A stretch of DNA of 64,000 nt from a virus (Duplodnaviria; Caudoviricetes), in the IMG/VR virus record IMGVR_UViG_3300009768_000006, positions 38,552-102,551 of that record; one strand, written 5' to 3'. Positions within the stretch are counted from its first letter, which is position 1, and every line of letters begins with the position of its first letter. Below are positions 57,870-64,000 of this stretch, piece after piece. A model generated the notes under the pieces. The model did no database searches. It saw only the letters and a program-made list of their open reading frames with translations, and was not told the DNA's origin. A program made the position numbers and the translations under genes.

Positions 57870-58118
57870 TACGCGTGTATATGTATGATAGTATAAGTAA
57901 TAAATCCTGGATAGGATCTAGAAGATATAATCATATAAACTATTCGTCATATGATCTTCTAGTAATGTACTACGTACTTATACTAGAGAGATCATCTGCC
58001 GTAATTAAGATTATAACTAACTATATGATATTAACTATGATTAACTATAATAACTATACAATAATCTATTTAATATTATCGCTTATATGTGCATATGATG
58101 TGTACATGCACGTGCGCG
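57870..58118. other. Origin-like element: nested inverted repeats, 5 x TAACTA, purine-pyrimidine tracts
   Basis: See corresponding finding; intergenic upstream of nrdD. Confidence 0.4.
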
Positions 58119-58136
58119 AGAGAAAGTTGGTATGAC

Positions 58137-59936
58137 ATGTTTGAAAGATCTATTCAGGATTCCAAAACCAGTAAAGATATAATTGATTCTTACATTTTCG
58201 ATAAGGATTGGAGAGTCAAAGAAAGTAGCAGTGCTACAAAAAGTATAGGAGCATTAGGTAAATACATTATTAGTGAAGTTACAAAGGATTACTGGCTCAG
58301 AGAAGTATACAATAAAACAGATGATAGAATAGCGAGAGCTCATAGACAAGGTTTCATGCATATACATGATCTAGGAGGATTAACATTATACTGCTGCGGA
58401 TACAGTCTTAAGAATATACTACTGAAAGGAGTTAGAGGGATCCCTAATATTCCTAAGTCTGGTCCTGCTAAGCATTTCATGAGTGTATTGAACCAGATTA
58501 TAAATCTAACATCTATTTATCAGAATGAAATTATGGGAGCAGTAGCCTTCTCTAGTGTAGATGTTTTACTTGCTCCATTCATAAAAGTAGATGGTCTATC
58601 ATATGATGAAGTTAAGCAACATCTACAGAACTTTATATATTCTATCAATAGTAATAGTAGAGCAGGAGCAGAACCTGCTTTCACTAACATAACACTAGAT
58701 ATAACTCCTGATAGAACTATGCTAAATAAACATGTCATAATAGGAGGTAGAGAACAGGAATTTACTTATAAGGATTGTCAACGTGAGATAGATATGTTCA
58801 ATAGAGCATTCTGTGAGCTGATGATCCATGGTGATACTGAAGGTAATCCATTTGCTTATCCTATTCCTACATATAACATCCATGATAGATTTGATTGGGA
58901 TAATCCTAATAATAATTTAATGTGGGAAATGTCAGGTAAGTATGGATATCCTTACTTCGCTAACTTCATAAATAGTGATCTATCTATGGAAGAGAGTAGA
59001 AGCATGTGTTGCCGATTGAGGCTAGACATGAGAGAACTCTCTAAAAGATATGGAGGTCTATTTGGATCAGGAGATAGTACAGGTTCTATAGGAGTAGTAA
59101 CTCTGAATCTACCTAGATTGGCATACTTAGCTGCTAAGGAACAGGATAGTAAAGCCAAGTTCTATGAATTATTAGATCATTATATGGATCTAGCAAAGAC
59201 TAGTCTACTAGTAAAACGTGATTTCATCAAGAAGAATGTATTGGATGCTAATCTACTACCGGCTTATGAATATTATGTAGGTACATTAGATAACCATTTC
59301 AATACAATAGGTCTAATAGGCATGAATGAGATGTGTATGAATTTGCTAGGTATAGATATTAGAGAGCCTGCAGCTAAGGAATTCTGCTTAGAAGTACTAG
59401 ATCATATGAGAGATAGACTATCTGATTATCAAGAAGAGACTAAGCAGCTATTTAACTTAGAAGCTACTCCTGCTGAGAGTACAGCATATAGATTAGCTAA
59501 GTTGGATGTAGAAGAGTTCTCTGACATATATGCTCAAGGAAGTAAAGAAGCTCCTTATTACACTAACTCATGTCATATTCCTGTGAAAAATGTTACTACA
59601 TTAAAGGATCTATTCGATCACCAGAATGAGTTGCAACAAAAATTCACAGGAGGTACTGTAGTACACTGCTATCTAGAAGGTCCTATCACAGGATTACAAG
59701 CTAAGAAGATAGTCAAGTCTGTATGTGAGAATTATAAAGTTCCTTATATAAGTTTATCTCCTCTGAATACTATATGTCCAGAGCATGGTCTATTACTTCG
59801 TTCGTCAGATTATTGTCCTACATGTGGAAGAGAGACAGATAAGTATCAACGAATCACAGGATATATAAGGAATGTTAAATACTGGAATCCTGGTAAAGTG
59901 TCTGAATACACGGATAGGCATCAGTTGAAAGCATAG
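58137..59936 (+). CDS. nrdD: Anaerobic (class III) ribonucleoside-triphosphate reductase
   Basis: HIHDL, YCCG, RSMCCRL, TPAES, YYTNS, CPEHG...CPTCG, RITGY glycyl-radical motif. Confidence 0.95.
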   Translation: MFERSIQDSKTSKDIIDSYIFDKDWRVKESSSATKSIGALGKYIISEVTKDYWLREVYNKTDDRIARAHRQGFMHIHDLGGLTLYCCGYSLKNILLKGVRGIPNIPKSGPAKHFMSVLNQIINLTSIYQNEIMGAVAFSSVDVLLAPFIKVDGLSYDEVKQHLQNFIYSINSNSRAGAEPAFTNITLDITPDRTMLNKHVIIGGREQEFTYKDCQREIDMFNRAFCELMIHGDTEGNPFAYPIPTYNIHDRFDWDNPNNNLMWEMSGKYGYPYFANFINSDLSMEESRSMCCRLRLDMRELSKRYGGLFGSGDSTGSIGVVTLNLPRLAYLAAKEQDSKAKFYELLDHYMDLAKTSLLVKRDFIKKNVLDANLLPAYEYYVGTLDNHFNTIGLIGMNEMCMNLLGIDIREPAAKEFCLEVLDHMRDRLSDYQEETKQLFNLEATPAESTAYRLAKLDVEEFSDIYAQGSKEAPYYTNSCHIPVKNVTTLKDLFDHQNELQQKFTGGTVVHCYLEGPITGLQAKKIVKSVCENYKVPYISLSPLNTICPEHGLLLRSSDYCPTCGRETDKYQRITGYIRNVKYWNPGKVSEYTDRHQLKA

Positions 59937-60048
59937 AATATTATGTTTAGATGAGGTAGCCTACAATGGTCCTTGGGTAAGATCATAGCAGGTAGGAGAT
60001 AATGTAGATTGCGGTCCTACAAGCTCATCTAGGTACTTTCAAAGTTTA

Positions 60049-60072
60049 GGCTAACTTTAAGGTTTATAACGT
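60049..60072 (+). promoter_or_regulatory. Phage promoter motif P21
   Basis: GGCTAACT-N11-AACGT. Confidence 0.8.
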
Positions 60073-60125
60073 CTATTAGGTTGGAAGAAGAATTAACTTG
60101 TAATTAACTTAAGGAGGATTCTAAA

Positions 60126-60809
60126 ATGGAACAAAGTATCTTGAGTAAAATCTCGAAACTTCTGGTACTAGCATCCGACAACTGTAACGAAAACGAATCT
60201 TACGTAGCGGCCATGAGAGCTCAGGAACTCATGGCTAAATATAAACTGTCAGAAAAGGATCTTAACGACTCCTCAAAGAAGGATAAAGAACTTTGCCGCT
60301 ATAAGTCTCCTTATTACTATACTAGTCGAGGCAGAAACTTGTATCTCGCTAGGCTGATAAACGTCTTAGGAGATGCTTACTGCTGCGTTGGGTATATTTC
60401 AACTCCTAGAAGAACTCAGAGTCACTTTCTTGTGTTCTTAGGATATAAGAGTGACATTGAAGTTCTTCGCAGGGTGTTGGATATGATAGTGAGCAGAGTA
60501 AATAATAGCATAGAGAAGATCTACAAGGAGTACGATGGATATCCTGCCTCGTACATAAACAACTTGATAGAGAACTATACGAAGGCCTACGTGATAGGAT
60601 TAAAAGAATCTCTCCAATCCCAGCAGGATGCTCACAAGGATTGGGGATTAGTATTAGTTAAGCCTAAGGAAGCTACTGAATTTCTTAATAACTTATCAAA
60701 ACCTGAGTATCAAGTGAAGAACAATTACTCTTCTTACAATCCAGATATGTATAATAAAGGATACCATGATGGATCCAGTTTCGCTGATAGGTTGAAATTA
60801 GAAGCGTAA
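60126..60809 (+). CDS. DUF2786-domain protein
   Basis: KISKLL.LA....NE...A...AQELMAKY. Confidence 0.8.
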   Translation: MEQSILSKISKLLVLASDNCNENESYVAAMRAQELMAKYKLSEKDLNDSSKKDKELCRYKSPYYYTSRGRNLYLARLINVLGDAYCCVGYISTPRRTQSHFLVFLGYKSDIEVLRRVLDMIVSRVNNSIEKIYKEYDGYPASYINNLIENYTKAYVIGLKESLQSQQDAHKDWGLVLVKPKEATEFLNNLSKPEYQVKNNYSSYNPDMYNKGYHDGSSFADRLKLEA

Positions 60810-60824
60810 ATAATCAAATAAATT

Positions 60825-60848
60825 ACCTAACTTAATGTTTTCTAACGT
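60825..60848 (+). promoter_or_regulatory. Phage promoter motif P22
   Basis: ACCTAACT-N11-AACGT. Confidence 0.75.
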
Positions 60849-60919
60849 TACTTAGGTTGCGATAACAATAAGGTTATTAGGAATAAAAGATATAAGTATC
60901 TTTACTAAAGAAAGATTAG

Positions 60920-61183
60920 GTGATCATGTTGATCAAGAACAAGACAGAACAAGTAAGATCATATGTGGCTACTGGACAATATATGAAAGCTCTTGCTATC
61001 TGTAAAAGTTGGAGATACTCATTACCTAGCTATACTCAAGTATTACAAGATGGATATGAAAGTAAATTGTATCCAGATTTTTATCGCCAATTAGGTAAAA
61101 ATCCTGAAGAATACTACAATAGAGCAGTAGAATTACTGAAGCTCATATATCTCGATGAAGAGGAGTATGATTATGAACCGTAA
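60920..61183 (+). CDS. Hypothetical protein
   Basis: ORF after P22. Confidence 0.65.
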   Translation: MIMLIKNKTEQVRSYVATGQYMKALAICKSWRYSLPSYTQVLQDGYESKLYPDFYRQLGKNPEEYYNRAVELLKLIYLDEEEYDYEP

Positions 61184-61334
61184 GACTATTATAGATTTCT
61201 TTTTCTATCTAGTGACTGTCCTATTCATATCATGGTTTATCGTATCTTTCACGTACGTAATAATCCAGAATGTAAACATAGCAGGATACGAATTACCTAG
61301 ATGGAATATATTCTATGTGTTCATGAAACTGTAA
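61173..61334 (+). CDS. Small membrane protein (MNRKTIIDFFFY...)
   Basis: Hand-translated 53 aa; GAGGAG RBS. Confidence 0.5.
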   Translation: MNRKTIIDFFFYLVTVLFISWFIVSFTYVIIQNVNIAGYELPRWNIFYVFMKL

Positions 61335-61358
61335 TTAACTATATTCAGGAGGATACTT

Positions 61359-61928
61359 ATGTCTACTAATGATCTTACTTCATTACCTATCTACAACCTT
61401 AGCAAGAAACAGAAGTATAATCCTACAAAAGTAATCGACAGAATGAGATGTATGGAGTGTATGAAAGAATCAGGATCTTGTAACTACATAACATGTAGTA
61501 ACTACAATCACTACAGATGCAGGAGTACATATTCTCTAGACTATATATACAATTACTATAAGTCTATCATACTGGATAAAGATCCAGGTGATTGGCCTAT
61601 AGTCATATATAATAACATCGCTCAGAATTCTCCTAAGAAGCTTCCTCTATCATTAAGTATCTATTTAAGAGAAGTCAGTGAAGCTAATTACATCCCTAAG
61701 CTCTATATCTACTCTAAGATTACTCAGCATATTACTATCTACGCATATATAAACTTAGAGAATATGAAGATAGTATTATATACAGGGGTAGAGAAGTCTC
61801 CTAATATCATCAAGGCTGTAACACAGCTATGTAAGAATATATCCTCTATCTTATCTATGAAGAATAATGACGTTGCTAATAATACATCTACTACTACTGA
61901 TGATAATAAATTACAAGGAGCTATCTAA
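61359..61928 (+). CDS. Hypothetical protein (Cys cluster)
   Basis: GGAGG RBS. Confidence 0.6.
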   Translation: MSTNDLTSLPIYNLSKKQKYNPTKVIDRMRCMECMKESGSCNYITCSNYNHYRCRSTYSLDYIYNYYKSIILDKDPGDWPIVIYNNIAQNSPKKLPLSLSIYLREVSEANYIPKLYIYSKITQHITIYAYINLENMKIVLYTGVEKSPNIIKAVTQLCKNISSILSMKNNDVANNTSTTTDDNKLQGAI

Positions 61929-61934
61929 CATACT

Positions 61935-62393
61935 ATGATCATCTCACACAAAGGTATATACTATGATAGGTATGACACACCATTCGGTATAGGAGCACTT
62001 ATATGTGCTATCTCATGTAATAACCACTGTAGAGGATGCTTCCATCAGGATCGTAATGATCCTATTATACAGGAAGAAGCAGAGTCTATCATATCTAAAG
62101 TACTCTCTAATCCCTTCGTAAATGGTATTATACTAGGTTACTTAGAGTGGTTAGATGGACAGTATGAGGAGGCTCTAGAACTAATTAAGCTAGCACAGAA
62201 TAATAATCTACAAGTTATCCTATATACGCACTGTACGTATGATGATATAGTTAAGAAGTATAGTAAGTTACTCTTATGTAAAGGTATTTATATAAAGCTA
62301 GGAGCATATGATGATACTAGATTGATATCTAACTATACATCATATAATGTACCACTAGCTAGTTCTAATCAGTATATAATAAGAGTAGAATAG
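61935..62393 (+). CDS. nrdG: NrdG-like radical-SAM activase
   Basis: CNNHCRGC (CxxxCxxC), K.G.Y, LASSNQ. Confidence 0.75.
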   Translation: MIISHKGIYYDRYDTPFGIGALICAISCNNHCRGCFHQDRNDPIIQEEAESIISKVLSNPFVNGIILGYLEWLDGQYEEALELIKLAQNNNLQVILYTHCTYDDIVKKYSKLLLCKGIYIKLGAYDDTRLISNYTSYNVPLASSNQYIIRVE

Positions 62394-62406
62394 GAGAATA
62401 TAGTAT

Positions 62407-62793
62407 ATGGATAATATAAAGCTCGCTGATGTAGTCTACATAATAAGTAAAGATATAATAGGGAAGATATTATCCATAGATAACAAGCATCTAACAGGTA
62501 ATATCCATGGTGTAGATAACACTAATAATGGTATAACTATAGATATATCCTCAGTGAATAGTATAGAATATAAGTTACTATCTATAGATGATACTCCTAT
62601 AACTATAAAGTATACAGGTATGGATCCTGATGATGATATGATATCTGTAGATAATCTGATAAATATGAATAAAAATCTCAAGAAGAAGTATAAACATCAT
62701 ATGAATAAATGTAAGAAATTACATAAAGATATAGAATATAGTAATAAGCTATTGCTAACTATACTAGATCGAATAAGATCAGTATCTAAATAA
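62407..62793 (+). CDS. Hypothetical protein
   Basis: AGGAG RBS. Confidence 0.6.
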   Translation: MDNIKLADVVYIISKDIIGKILSIDNKHLTGNIHGVDNTNNGITIDISSVNSIEYKLLSIDDTPITIKYTGMDPDDDMISVDNLINMNKNLKKKYKHHMNKCKKLHKDIEYSNKLLLTILDRIRSVSK

Positions 62794-62819
62794 TATATAC
62801 ATATAAGGAGTAATCAATC

Positions 62820-64000
62820 ATGCCTTTTAATAAAAGATTAAACAAACAATCAGCAGGATTATTACCAGATGGATATGGAGTATGCTCTCCTATAGGTGTC
62901 TGCTATGAAGTATTATTAGATAAATCTGAAGAACCTTCTCTAGAGGATCCTAGATATTATACTAGAAGTACTGTAGTATCTATAGATAATAATAATTATG
63001 AGTTATTTAGAAATAGAGTACGCACGAATAGTCAAGCTATGTCTGTGAATTATATGGTACCTACAGATAAATCTCCAGACGTATATTGGACACTTACAGG
63101 TAATAAATCAGGTACAACTAAACTTTATGATAAAGCTGTGAGATCGAATATGATGAAGGAAGCTACTATAATCAATAAAAAATCATCTAAATTACATAGT
63201 AATAATACTAATAATAGAAACTTAAAATTTGCTGAACCTACTACTATCAAAGAAGCTGATAGCTCAAAAGATCTCAATGAGATCATATATAATAAGATCC
63301 GAGAGTCTAGGATTAAAAGTCTAAAGGAATCTAAAGAAGATATCCAGAGATTAATAAATTATGCTGGAGAAGAATTAGCTAATGAATTCCTAGACATTAA
63401 AAGTAGGATTAAACCTCCTCAAAATGATATCTACTATTGGTTAAAAAGACCTTTAGAAGAATTTGAAGAATTCATGGAGGAATCTAGATCTGCTATTTCT
63501 AATAGTCAGAAAAGATCTTCAGGAAAATCAGGAGCTAAACTGATCTACTCAGACTCCGATTGGAAGGTATATCATATTACTACTTATGAAGCTTCAGTTT
63601 ATTATGGTAAAGGTACTAAATGGTGTATATCTGGCATAGAAAAAGGTAAAGAATATTTTGATGATTATCATAGCAACGGAATAGAATTTTACTTTTATAT
63701 CAATAGATCAGGAGAAAAATACGCCTTATCTTACAATCCTACTACGGATTATTTTGAGGTATACAATGCAGAAGATAATCCTGTAGAGGATATACCTAAT
63801 GCTCCTATAATAGAAGGACTTCCTGTATTCATACCAAACATGAAAGTTATTAATGGAGTTCTGATAGAATACTCAAAATTATCTTCTGATATTAATGTAA
63901 CTATTCCTAATAGTGTAACTAGTATAGGTGATTATGCTTTCGATGGATGTAAATCACTTAAATCTATTAACATCCCTAATAGTGTAACTAGTATAGGTGA
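62820..64000 (+). CDS. BspA-type leucine-rich-repeat protein (runs off window end)
   Basis: Open frame from ATG 62820; [11 protein letters not shown] domain; [33 protein letters not shown] with a 69-nt repeat unit. Confidence 0.85.
   Translation, partial: MPFNKRLNKQSAGLLPDGYGVCSPIGVCYEVLLDKSEEPSLEDPRYYTRSTVVSIDNNNYELFRNRVRTNSQAMSVNYMVPTDKSPDVYWTLTGNKSGTTKLYDKAVRSNMMKEATIINKKSSKLHSNNTNNRNLKFAEPTTIKEADSSKDLNEIIYNKIRESRIKSLKESKEDIQRLINYAGEELANEFLDIKSRIKPPQNDIYYWLKRPLEEFEEFMEESRSAISNSQKRSSGKSGAKLIYSDSDWKVYHITTYEASVYYGKGTKWCISGIEKGKEYFDDYHSNGIEFYFYINRSGEKYALSYNPTTDYFEVYNAEDNPVEDIPNAPIIEGLPVFIPNMKVINGVLIEYSKLSSDINVTIPNSVTSIGDYAFDGCKSLKSINIPNSVTSIG

Noticed and set aside
57875-58135. 86-aa ORF and the N-terminal extension of nrdD from 58089
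   Set aside because: Low-complexity translation of repeats and inverted repeats; nrdD more plausibly starts at ATG 58137
59948-60031. SAM-I riboswitch
   Set aside because: P1 orientation and core motifs do not match on either strand, and it lies downstream of a gene
9280-60848. CRISPR array or mobile-element repeats for the recurring motif
   Set aside because: Copies are dispersed, bipartite with a variable spacer, and sit at gene starts; no cas genes or transposase

Overview
A 64-kb, low-GC fragment of a large tailed dsDNA phage. The DUF4815 baseplate protein and UDG-fused PolA resemble SPO1/Herelleviridae-type myoviruses. The host is probably an anaerobic Firmicute/Clostridia (GH25+SH3b endolysin, class III RNR, sporulation-type sigma, AbrB/SpoVT). 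All credible genes are on the + strand. Order: (1) end of tail/lysis module (CotH-kinase tail protein, holins, endolysin, baseplate proteins; 1-8.4 kb); (2) putative regulator and a CG-rich hairpin island; (3) HD hydrolase/PIG-L deacetylase/glycosyltransferase/methyltransferase operon; (4) replication and nucleotide genes (topo II B/A, NDT, helicases, primase, LuxS, divergent ThyX, two kinases, UDG-PolA, sigma); (5) recently acquired prophage-like small genes; (6) ligase, SSB, RecA, 5'-3' exonuclease, SbcCD, dUTPase, HU, RuvC; (7) tRNA region with 9 tRNAs and several large structured non-coding stretches; (8) MetK, Pfs, NrdD/NrdG and a truncated LRR protein. Main points: a 22-copy phage promoter motif (consensus G(C/G)CTAACT-N11-AACGT); a candidate sugar-amine-methyl DNA hypermodification pathway; a phage-encoded MetK+Pfs+LuxS activated-methyl/AI-2 pathway; at least four unassigned structured RNA candidates; two origin-like elements. 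All protein calls come from motif recognition by eye; no searches were run.
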